The notes beneath the pieces were generated by a model. The model was not told the origin of the DNA. It ran no database searches and worked only from the letters and a program-made list of their open reading frames with translations. From an uncultured Dehalococcoidia bacterium (GTDB lineage: Bacteria; Chloroflexota; Dehalococcoidia; Lucifugimonadales; UBA3495): DNA of 22,188 nucleotides. The stretch is from the NCBI GenBank assembly GCA_950072105.1, contig CATMOE010000059.1:1-22188 (forward strand). Reading direction: 5' to 3'. How positions within the stretch are numbered: the stretch's first letter is position 1; every line of letters starts with the position of its first letter. Positions 7,915 to 15,665 of this stretch are shown piece after piece. A program made the position numbers and the translations under genes.

Positions 7915-9060
7915 TCAGTAGGACTCGAACAGTTTCCCCCACTCGGTCTCCATCGCAGCTGCGATGCGGCGGCGGCCTTTGGTTTTTAGCCAGTAGCCGT
8001 TGTGGTAAAGGTTGGAGGCCAAAAAGGCCAGGCTGACCAACGGGGTGCGCAGCAGGAAGTTCTCCAGGGGTTTCAGCGGCCCCCAGTAGATCATTTTTTG
8101 GCCCCGGCTGGCGAAGGTGCTTTCAACGCCGGTGAACTTCCAATCGACCTGGCTGATGTCTTCGCCCACCACATCGATCTTGGAAACGTCGCCACAGCCC
8201 AGGCCCCGCTCGTGGGCCAGGCGGATGAACTTCAGGCTCATTGGGTCGAAACCCATCATCTTGGCCGCTACGGCGTCGATGGCCACCTGGTCGGCGCTGG
8301 CCAGTATGCGGTTCTTCACGTGCCAGCGCATGGCCCGGGGGCCCGGTCCGTCCCCGGCAAAGGTGCCGTCCATCACGGCGAAGAGACCGGGGTGAATCTC
8401 TTGTTGAATCGCCAGCAAGTCCACCAGGGTTTCGTGGATCACCGAGTGCGTCCAATGGCGCTTCCGGTGCAGCAAGCCGCCAAAGGCGTTCTTCATCGCC
8501 CCGGTCATCGTGGTGAAGACATGGGTTTTCATGGTAGGGAGATGGACGATGTTTCGGCCCTCGAATATCTCCGGTATCTGAATGCCTTCGGGGAATATAT
8601 CGTCCAGAACCAGCATCTCCGCCTTGGGTTTGTAGTCCACCCACCGGTTAGGGGGTGTGTCCAAGTGAACCACCGGCAGGTTCATCTTTTCCTGGACCGC
8701 TTTGTGCTTGTTCTTTTCCTCTCCCTCAAAGGAATCTACGACCACCGTGCCGTTGTGGGCGCCGGTCAATTTCTGATGCCCTAAGTTTCTCAGGGCTCTT
8801 ATAACCCCTTCCAACTGCCAAGGAGAAGTAGAGCAACCGGGATACCAATGCTGCCAGGAAATGTTGATCTTGAGCAAGGTCTCTAACTCGGGGTTCAAGT
8901 GCCGGCCAACGTCCGCCAACACCATGGCCCGTTCTGTATCGGCGAACACGGTCTCCGGGGTAGTGGCCACCACCGCGACAACAGCTCCTCCGGAATTTGG
9001 GGCTGGGGGCGTCTCGGGCCGGCCGGCCGGACTTGGGTCGGGTCTTTCAGATGCCTGCAT
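7915..9060 (-). CDS. DUF362 domain protein
   Basis: 'LLKIN', 'LPTMKTH..T.MTGAMKNAFG', 'DG..AGDG.GP', 'ILASADQVAIDAVAAKMMGFDP'. ATG 9060 has an AGGAG SD, so it is preferred over 9144. Confidence 0.85.
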   Translation of the reverse strand: MQASERPDPSPAGRPETPPAPNSGGAVVAVVATTPETVFADTERAMVLADVGRHLNPELETLLKINISWQHWYPGCSTSPWQLEGVIRALRNLGHQKLTGAHNGTVVVDSFEGEEKNKHKAVQEKMNLPVVHLDTPPNRWVDYKPKAEMLVLDDIFPEGIQIPEIFEGRNIVHLPTMKTHVFTTMTGAMKNAFGGLLHRKRHWTHSVIHETLVDLLAIQQEIHPGLFAVMDGTFAGDGPGPRAMRWHVKNRILASADQVAIDAVAAKMMGFDPMSLKFIRLAHERGLGCGDVSKIDVVGEDISQVDWKFTGVESTFASRGQKMIYWGPLKPLENFLLRTPLVSLAFLASNLYHNGYWLKTKGRRRIAAAMETEWGKLFESY

Positions 9061-9109
9061 GAATGGCGCTCCTGACTTATCTATGTATAGCCGGTGGTCG
9101 TGGCCAATA

Positions 9110-10012
9110 TCAACCCCAGATCCACAACACCAAACCGGAGCCAACGATCCAACAGAAGATCGAGAATATAAGAGGTAGGTCGCAAACGATCAGTTGCTCC
9201 GGCGCTTCAGCTTGCTGGCTGGTGTTTAGAAGGTACAGGTATCGGAACAGTCCAAAAGTAACGACGGGCAAAAGAAGCAACATGGTGTTGTTGTCGGGAA
9301 GGTTTGACGCTTCCACTGTATACAAAGTATAGCTTAACCAGGCGGAAGTCGCCGATATCATAAGTAACTGGTTGATGAACAAGTTGCCGTACTTGCCCAA
9401 TACCGGGCGTTGTTGGGCCGCGGCGTCTCCGGCCAGCCGCACTTCGGCATAACGGCGTCCCAGCACGATAAACAAGGCTCCGGCGCCGGTGGTGACGTAC
9501 AGCCAGGGCGAGGCGGCCACGTCGATGGCCACGGCCCCGGCGGCCGTCCGTATGACGTATCCGCTGGCCACCAGCATGAGATCGATCAGTACCACTTGCT
9601 TCAGACCGAGTGAATAGGACACGTTGATGGCCAGATAAAGCACCCCAATGGCACCCAACATCAGGTCCACCGCGGCCATTACCGCCAGCCCTCCCACGGC
9701 CAGGGCCGTCATCAGAGTCAGGGCGGTAACGATGCCCACCTGCCCCGATGCGATGGGACGGTTGCGTTTCACCGGGTGCTCCCGGTCTCGATGCCGGTCC
9801 ATCATGTCGTTCAGCAGATAAGTGGCGCTGGAAAGGGCGCAAAAGCCGGCTGCGAGGAGAGCCAGCTTCACCAGCATGTCCGAGACCGGGTCGAAGTTGC
9901 TGGGAGACCAGGCGACGTTGACCGAGAACACGAAGGGCAAAAACACCAGACCATTCTTGATCCACTGCTGAGGCCGCAGGGCTTTCACCAGTGCCATGGG
10001 ATGGATCGACAC
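9110..10012 (-). CDS. UbiA-family prenyl-phosphate phosphoribosyltransferase-like membrane protein
   Basis: 'LRPQQWIKN', 'YLLND..D...DREHPVKRNRPIASG', 'YS..LK', 'RRYAE', 'FGLFRYLY'; multiple TM segments. GTG 10012 has a GGAGGGAGG SD. Confidence 0.85.
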   Translation of the reverse strand: MSIHPMALVKALRPQQWIKNGLVFLPFVFSVNVAWSPSNFDPVSDMLVKLALLAAGFCALSSATYLLNDMMDRHRDREHPVKRNRPIASGQVGIVTALTLMTALAVGGLAVMAAVDLMLGAIGVLYLAINVSYSLGLKQVVLIDLMLVASGYVIRTAAGAVAIDVAASPWLYVTTGAGALFIVLGRRYAEVRLAGDAAAQQRPVLGKYGNLFINQLLMISATSAWLSYTLYTVEASNLPDNNTMLLLLPVVTFGLFRYLYLLNTSQQAEAPEQLIVCDLPLIFSIFCWIVGSGLVLWIWG

Positions 10013-10069
10013 CCTAGAGCCTCCCTCCGAGTTATTTGATCTATCGGCCACGCCCATATTGATTGATTT

Positions 10070-11056
10070 TTAGCGGGCAGACGGTAGGGCTGGATCTCCG
10101 GCTTCGGAATCAGACGAGGCGGTCGAATCAGGCGAGGTTGCCGCCATATTCTTGAAACGATGCAACCACAGCAATGCCAACAAACCCACAGCTACCGCGA
10201 ACCAAAGGGTCGCCAATCGCACCAACAGGGTACCAGATGAGGCCGCCGCACGGCTTATTCCGCTCTGTTGCAGCAGAGCGATCATGCTGCCCTCAGTCCC
10301 TATCAGGCCTCCGGGCAGAGCGCTTACCGCTCCGACCAAAGTGGCGGCAGCGTAGATCGGCACAGCCTGGGTGATCGGGATGCCGGCATCTAAGCCCCTT
10401 AGGATCAGCCACAGGGCCATCCCTTCGCTTAGCCAGGCCGCAGCGCCTAGTAATACGGCCGGCGCCATCACCCTGAGCGCCGCCAATCGCCGCAAGCCGT
10501 CATGGGAAGCCTGCAGGTCGGTCCGCCATCTTCGTAACACCGGCAGATCGAAGATACGGCTCCCGCGGCGCGAGGCGAACAGCACCAGAGCGCAACCGCA
10601 CAGCAAAAGCGCGGCGGCCAACACCAGCAAGAGGAACAATGGGAGCGAAGCCAACCCGATCGCCGCCAGTAGAACAACAGATATCACGTCGGTCAGTCTT
10701 TCCATCACCACGACCGGCGCCGACCGGGCAACGGGCACGGACGCCCGGTCACGGAGCAGGTAGCTTTTTAGAAATTCACCGGCCTTCCCCGGCGTGATCG
10801 ACATGGCCAGGCCCGATAGAAATACTAAACAATTCAGCACTAATGGGACCCGGATATCGAGTACTCTCAGGTAGAAGGACCACCGGAGGTACCTCAACAC
10901 GTAATTTAGCGCCGCCAGACCAAGAGCACCCAACAGGTAAGAAATCGGGAATTGCGACAGGTTTCCGAACGTTTCCCGGAAGTCGCCGTACCCGGCGACC
11001 CCCACAAAAACCAGCACCGCCAAGATTATTAGTAGTAGAAGCTTCCAGTTAGTCAC
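10070..11056 (-). CDS. UPF0104 / lysylphosphatidylglycerol synthase TM (flippase-like) protein
   Basis: 'RYLRW', 'TPGKAGE..K', 'ERLTD', 'PGGLIGTEG', 'RLATLW'; hydrophobic throughout. Confidence 0.85.
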   Translation of the reverse strand: MTNWKLLLLIILAVLVFVGVAGYGDFRETFGNLSQFPISYLLGALGLAALNYVLRYLRWSFYLRVLDIRVPLVLNCLVFLSGLAMSITPGKAGEFLKSYLLRDRASVPVARSAPVVVMERLTDVISVVLLAAIGLASLPLFLLLVLAAALLLCGCALVLFASRRGSRIFDLPVLRRWRTDLQASHDGLRRLAALRVMAPAVLLGAAAWLSEGMALWLILRGLDAGIPITQAVPIYAAATLVGAVSALPGGLIGTEGSMIALLQQSGISRAAASSGTLLVRLATLWFAVAVGLLALLWLHRFKNMAATSPDSTASSDSEAGDPALPSAR

Positions 11057-11138
11057 GAACAGCTTGATCCATCGAGTTTATTTTGTGGATTGATCTTGAT
11101 CGGATTCGTCCGATTCGCAGTCAGATAGGGAACGTCGT

Positions 11139-11480
11139 TCAGTGGGCCGCACGGAGTTGGGAGTACATGGCGCCCAAAGCGCTCATACTGGATGTGTAGA
11201 AAGTAAATCCGGCGACCGGTATCCACAACCACAACGCGTTCAGATCGGTCAATAACGACAGGACGGTGGCCGCCGTCGCCGTGGTCAACAAAACGATCAA
11301 CCCTAAAAGACCGCCAAACACCAACGCCCGCTTTGCCGGTGTCGGGGAGTACCCGCCGGCAGCGGTGATACCAAAATAACCGCCGATAAAGGGACCGAAC
11401 GGAATCCCCACGAAATGCACTACTGGGATCATAGCTAAGATCAACATGATCCCAAATCCTACCAATACTCCCTTTACCAC
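11139..11480 (-). CDS. Small Gly-rich membrane protein (113 aa), hypothetical
   Basis: GGAGG SD before GTG 11480; about four hydrophobic segments with 'GPFIGGYFG'; TATAAT on the minus strand at 11515-11520. Confidence 0.75.
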   Translation of the reverse strand: MVKGVLVGFGIMLILAMIPVVHFVGIPFGPFIGGYFGITAAGGYSPTPAKRALVFGGLLGLIVLLTTATAATVLSLLTDLNALWLWIPVAGFTFYTSSMSALGAMYSQLRAAH

Positions 11481-11597
11481 TGGACCTCCGGCGCGAATCG
11501 AAACCGCTTTTATTATTATAGACGGTGTATTCAGCGGCAAGCCATGCTCTAGGGACTTGATTGCCTTGACTAAAGAGGACACGGGTCTTCGGGGGGG

Positions 11598-11681
11598 CTG
11601 AGATTCCTCGCCGCCGGCCGGTGCCGGAATGACGAAGTGTGCGGACCAAGGTTGGCAATTCTATTTTCGGAGCAATGACGA
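11598..11681 (-). repeat. Dispersed repeat, copy 2 (inverted relative to 4603-4698)
   Basis: Reverse complement aligns to copy 1 with a 12-bp deletion and scattered substitutions. Confidence 0.9.
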
Positions 11682-11955
11682 TAGAACAACATGACAACTA
11701 GGCAACAAGATCATTCAACCCTCGATTCCTGACAAGTCCCCGATCAGGGATCTCCAGGGCTCCCAAGACCGATCCAATATCTTCCACGCATGTCCGGCGT
11801 TTTCTTGATAAAGACGATGGAGGGCGTTCAAGTTATCCCCGTTCCTGTAGCGCATGACATACGCCCCAGGTATACTTGGACAGTTTTCAGGGCAACGGAA
11901 TATCTCGTCTTAATCATCTGCATGTCCCATCTCGGATACTTAAGGAGAATCGCAT

Positions 11956-12378
11956 TTGCCGCCAGAAACATCGATCGACACAAGCCATGACGACTTCGAA
12001 TACGAGAGTCCATTTGCCCAATTACTAGGCATACGGCATCATCCCACGGTTGACGGACTTGGTCTGGCTTCAATGACCATTGAGGACAAACATCGCCAGC
12101 GCGCCGGCGTGGTCCAAGGCGGCATCATCGTCACGTTGGCCGACTACGCGTTCCACTTGGCGTGCGAGACCCGCCTAAGCGCCGGCCAGACGGCGGTGAC
12201 CGTGGAGCTGAAAGTGAATTTCCTTGCCCCGGCCAAAGACGGTGAGTTGAGGGCCGCGGCCCGAATCGTCAGCGCCGGACGCCGCATCATAGTCTGCGAT
12301 GTTGACGTTACCGGACAAGATAACGAGCTGATCGCCAAATGTCTCGGGACTTACATCGTCGGCGGGCAGGCGGCCTGA
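11956..12378 (+). CDS. PaaI-family hotdog thioesterase
   Basis: 'PFAQLLGI', 'GVVQGG...TLAD', 'TVELKVNFLAPA', 'GRR'; TAAGGAG SD before TTG. Confidence 0.9.
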   Translation: MPPETSIDTSHDDFEYESPFAQLLGIRHHPTVDGLGLASMTIEDKHRQRAGVVQGGIIVTLADYAFHLACETRLSAGQTAVTVELKVNFLAPAKDGELRAAARIVSAGRRIIVCDVDVTGQDNELIAKCLGTYIVGGQAA

Positions 12379-12445
12379 TCAGCAGCTTCAGCGGCGCCAG
12401 GTAATCTTGCCCCGGTTGAGTTGTTTAGCTGGTGTATCAACAATG

Positions 12446-12479
12446 TTGGAATTGAAATTCGGTGATGCTATAATTTCAA
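12446..12479 (+). promoter_or_regulatory. Promoter of the Rrf2 gene overlapped by an inverted repeat
   Basis: TTGGAA-17 bp-TATAAT with extended TGn; TTGAAATT(12452-59)-N12-AATTTCAA(12472-79). Confidence 0.7.
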
Positions 12480-12503
12480 CTGAATCATCCGGAGGTGGGC
12501 ACG

Positions 12504-12935
12504 ATGAGAGTCCCCATGAAAGTCGACTATGGGGTACGGGCCTTGGTGGAGCTGGCGCTGCACTATGGGGAAGGTCCGGTGCAGACTGCGGAGATCGCTT
12601 ACAGGCAGGGAATACCCGAAGCCTACTTAGACCAATTGATGACGACCCTGAGCAAGTTTGGCTTCGTGCACAGCCGCCGTGGACCACAAGGCGGCCACCG
12701 GCTGGCCTCCGACCCGGTTGACATAGACCTGGGCATGGTGATGAAAACCCTGGACGGTAGCTCCTCTCCCCTCGATTGTCTCACCAACCCTTTGGACTGT
12801 GTATTTTCCGATTCGTGCGCCCAACAAGAGGTATGGAAGGCGGTTGAGGAAGCCATACAAAACGTTCTCAGCGACATCAGCCTAGCCGATCTTGCCCGGC
12901 GTCAACGTCTACTGGCCCCCGAAGCGGTATTGTAG
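12504..12935 (+). CDS. Rrf2-family transcriptional regulator (IscR/CymR-like, three Cys retained)
   Basis: 'YGVRALVELA', 'IPEAYLDQL', 'S.RGPQGG..L', C-X6-C-X5-C; GGAGGTG SD before ATG 12504. Confidence 0.92.
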   Translation: MRVPMKVDYGVRALVELALHYGEGPVQTAEIAYRQGIPEAYLDQLMTTLSKFGFVHSRRGPQGGHRLASDPVDIDLGMVMKTLDGSSSPLDCLTNPLDCVFSDSCAQQEVWKAVEEAIQNVLSDISLADLARRQRLLAPEAVL

Positions 12936-13030
12936 GCGTCTCCTCAATATAAACTTCATTGCGGTAAATCGTGGGATAGGTGTTTGGAGATTTCCGCTAT
13001 TACGCAACCCCGGCCAAAGGCGTGAACTGT

Positions 13031-13080
13031 TTGACCTGGTCCCGTATTACTTGACAAGGTCAGATCGCCAGGGATAGACT
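13031..13080 (+). promoter_or_regulatory. Promoter upstream of moeB-cysM with tandem TTGAC-nn-GGTC boxes
   Basis: TTGACA(13051-56)-18 bp-TAGACT(13075-80); TTGACCTGGTC at 13031 and TTGACAAGGTC at 13051. Confidence 0.65.
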
Positions 13081-13090
13081 CAATCTACTG

Positions 13091-13144
13091 ATGACCCCCA
13101 GCGGCAACCAAATAACGCACAACTGTACCTGTCCCCAAACATAG
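13091..13144 (+). CDS. Putative Cys-containing leader peptide MTPSGNQITHNCTCPQT (17 aa)
   Basis: ATG 10 nt after the -10 box; TGT-ACC-TGT near the 3' end; followed by alternative hairpins; upstream of cysteine synthesis genes. Confidence 0.5.
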   Translation: MTPSGNQITHNCTCPQT

Positions 13145-13164
13145 GGGGCGGGCGACATAGCGGC

Positions 13165-13230
13165 TCCCATCAAGCCTGCGCGCACCAGATCGGAAGTTCA
13201 TCTGGGACAAGCGCAGGTTTTCTTATGGGA
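13165..13230 (+). terminator. Long leader hairpin with U-rich tail (candidate attenuator)
   Basis: TCCCAT/ATGGGA, AAGCCTGCGC/GCGCAGGTTT and CCAGAT/ATCTGG nested stems; TTTTCTT at 13218-13224. Confidence 0.55.
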
Positions 13231-13336
13231 TAAGCGAACCGCTGGAATTTCAAAGTCCCCCGTTTAGTGGGTACGCGGGCCGGGGTCCCGAAGAAACCCC
13301 AAGAATCAACTGAAAGGTTACTTAGGAGAAGGCAAA

Positions 13337-14179
13337 ATGACCCAGCAACCAATGGTCCTGACACCGGATCAAGTCAATCGGTACAGCCGGCATATCATCA
13401 TGGGCGATGTGGGGAGCAAGGGCCAACGCAACCTTCTGGGGGCAAAAGCGCTGATTGTTGGCGCTGGCGGTCTGGGCTCCCCATCGGCCATATATCTGGC
13501 TCTGGCGGGCGTGGGCACCATCGGGATCGTTGATTTCGACGTGGTTGAAATCTCCAACCTGCAGAGGCAGATCCTTCATCACACCAGCGACATCGGACGC
13601 CCCAAGTTGGATTCGGCCAGGGACAATATCATTTCCTACAATCCAGACACCAACGTCGTTCTCCACGAAGTTAGACTGGAATCCCACAACGCCCGAGAGA
13701 TCATCAGCCAATACGATCTGGTGATTAACGGAGCGGACAACTTCGCCACCAGATACCTGGTAAACGACGCCTGTTATCTGGAAGGTAAGCCATTGGTGGA
13801 CGGAAGCATACTGATCTTCGACGGCCAAGCAACGCTGTTCCTCCCGGGTCAGGGCTGCTACCGCTGCCTCTTCCCCGAGCCACCGCCCCCTGGGTTGGTA
13901 CCTAATTGCGCCGAGGCTGGAGTCCTGGGAGCACTAACAGGACTGGTCGGCAGCATCCAGGCGACCGAGGCTCTCAAGCTCATCTTGGGTATCGGCGAGT
14001 CGTTGGTATCACGGCTATTGTTGATCGACGCCCTTAGCATGAGCTTTAGAGAAGTCCGGCTGAAGAGAAACCCGTCGTGTCCATTGTGCGGTGATAATCC
14101 CACCGTTACAGAGTTGATCGACTATGAAATCTTCTGCGGCTTGACCACGCCGGAAGCAGCGGGAGTTTCTTCAAACTAA
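13337..14179 (+). CDS. moeB: MoeB/ThiF-family sulfur-carrier adenylyltransferase (no rhodanese domain)
   Basis: 'RYSRH', 'GAGGLGS', 'DFD.VE.SNLQRQ', 'DNF.TRY', CYRC and CPLC Zn motifs, 'CAEAGVLG'; AGGAG SD. Confidence 0.92.
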   Translation: MTQQPMVLTPDQVNRYSRHIIMGDVGSKGQRNLLGAKALIVGAGGLGSPSAIYLALAGVGTIGIVDFDVVEISNLQRQILHHTSDIGRPKLDSARDNIISYNPDTNVVLHEVRLESHNAREIISQYDLVINGADNFATRYLVNDACYLEGKPLVDGSILIFDGQATLFLPGQGCYRCLFPEPPPPGLVPNCAEAGVLGALTGLVGSIQATEALKLILGIGESLVSRLLLIDALSMSFREVRLKRNPSCPLCGDNPTVTELIDYEIFCGLTTPEAAGVSSN

Positions 14180-14399
14180 TAAATAATCGTCTAAGCAAGG
14201 TCCGGGTGCGCTGACCATTGGCAGAGGAGGGTCGCAAGTTCCCCGTTTATTTCGGGACCGGGCTGTTACGTGAAATCGATAGGCGATTCGAACAATCTAA
14301 TAACTTGGTGGCAAGCCACTCGCCCACTCAACATAGGCTTCTGCCCTAATCACATTAGGGCCTGCTACGAGTTCGACCCCAGTCGAAAACCGAGAGGTT

Positions 14400-15350
14400 A
14401 TGGTTACAAGGCTGACCTACAAAGGGATATTAACGACGATCGGCAACACGCCCACCGTGGAACTCCAAAATATGAGTCCCAAGGAGGGTGTCCGGATATT
14501 CGCCAAGCTGGAGGGGCAAAACCCAACCGGCAGTGTGAAAGACCGCATCGCTCTCAAGATGATCGAGCTGGCCGAGCAGGATGGGGAAATCTCCGCATCC
14601 CGCACGATTCTGGAGCCCACCAGCGGCAATACCGGAATCTCCATCGCCATGATTGCCCGGGTAAAGGGTTACCGGGTCAAAGTGGTGATGCCGGAAAACG
14701 TCAGCCCGGAGCGCACCCAACTCCTGCAAGCCTACGGGGCGGAGATCGTCTATTCCGACGGCGCCCAGGGCACCAATGGGTCCATTGACGTTGCCCAAGA
14801 TATGGCGGAGAAGAATCCCCACGATTACCTGATGCTTTACCAATATGGCAACAACGGTAATCCCGCGGCCCACTACGAGACCACAGGTAAAGAGATCATC
14901 GAGTCGGTTCCGGACATTGACACCTTTGTCGCCGGACTGGGCACCGGTGGCACCCTGATGGGAGTTGCCCGCCGGCTTAAGGAACACAATCCCCAAGTTA
15001 AGATCGTGGCCGTCGCTCCGGAGCCAGACGACCTTATATCGGGCTTACGCAGATTGGAAGACGGATTCATTCCTCCAATCTTAGATCTGAACCTCTTAGA
15101 CTCAAGGATCCTGGTCAGCAGCTTCGACGCTTTCAGCACCACCAAGAGCCTTCTGGAGAAGGAAGGTATATTCGCCGGTATATCCTCTGGTTCGGTAGTT
15201 TTCGCGGCGTTGCGCCAGGCCGAACGAATGGACGAAGGCAACATCCTTTGCCTGCTGGCCGATGGCGGGTGGAAATACTTGAGTACAGGACTGTGGACCA
15301 AGGATTACGAACAGATGGCAAAAGAGGCCCAAGGCAAGATTTGGTGGTAG
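14400..15350 (+). CDS. cysM: PLP-dependent cysteine synthase, mycobacterial CysM (O-phosphoserine sulfhydrylase)-like
   Basis: 'IGNTP', 'AKLEGQNPTGSVKDR', 'EPTSGNTG', 'GLGTGGT', C-terminal 'AD.GWKYLSTG...G.IW'. Confidence 0.88.
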   Translation: MVTRLTYKGILTTIGNTPTVELQNMSPKEGVRIFAKLEGQNPTGSVKDRIALKMIELAEQDGEISASRTILEPTSGNTGISIAMIARVKGYRVKVVMPENVSPERTQLLQAYGAEIVYSDGAQGTNGSIDVAQDMAEKNPHDYLMLYQYGNNGNPAAHYETTGKEIIESVPDIDTFVAGLGTGGTLMGVARRLKEHNPQVKIVAVAPEPDDLISGLRRLEDGFIPPILDLNLLDSRILVSSFDAFSTTKSLLEKEGIFAGISSGSVVFAALRQAERMDEGNILCLLADGGWKYLSTGLWTKDYEQMAKEAQGKIWW

Positions 15351-15536
15351 CCAGGTCTTCTCCGGCGAAAACCGTTCCTACACACTGTTAATTTACCTCT
15401 AATCAACGTCCTCAGGCACCGTTAGTATCCCCATTTATGTCTCACGGTTATATCCGAGATCGCTTCTTCGGCGGGCATAATAGCTCGCCTTGTGTCAAAG
15501 CTTTGCCCACGGCTAAGCCCAAGCTACCTGATTGCC

Positions 15537-15565
15537 TTGTAACCACCCATTTCCGATGCTATAAT
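15537..15565 (+). promoter_or_regulatory. Promoter of the nusA operon
   Basis: TTGTAA-17 bp-TATAAT with extended TGn. Confidence 0.75.
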
Positions 15566-15588
15566 TTTTATGAAATGGTTCGTCCTCT

Positions 15589-15615
15589 AGGAAAGCGGGG
15601 GGCTCCCGCTTTCTT
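15589..15615 (+). promoter_or_regulatory. rimP-leader-like hairpin/terminator in the nusA 5' UTR
   Basis: AGGAAAGCGGG-GGGCT-CCCGCTTTCTT; resembles the GAGTGGG..CCCACTC hairpin found ahead of rimP-nusA-infB operons. Confidence 0.65.
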
Positions 15616-15665
15616 GCTGATGGAAAGGCTCAGAGTCCGGGTATTTTCACCCAGGGGGCTTGGCC

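Noticed and set aside
8002..8784. Long alternative-frame or antisense ORFs (also 2489-3139, 9207-9965, 16319-17209, 18025-18567)
   Set aside because: Shadows of well-supported genes in GC-rich DNA; no recognisable motifs.
11053..11697. 214-aa minus-strand ORF and the extended start at 11582
   Set aside because: The long ORF runs through the repeat and overlaps the better membrane-protein frame; the SD supports GTG 11480.
13060..13140. SAM-I riboswitch, prompted by GATGACCCCCAGCGGCAACC upstream of sulfur genes
   Set aside because: No ATC-nAGAG/GAGGGA 5' core and no downstream GGTGC partner; the 5' part overlaps the promoter.
14270..14788. 172-aa ORF as a possible missing cysO/mec
   Set aside because: Overlaps cysM out of frame; no C-terminal GG or JAMM motif.
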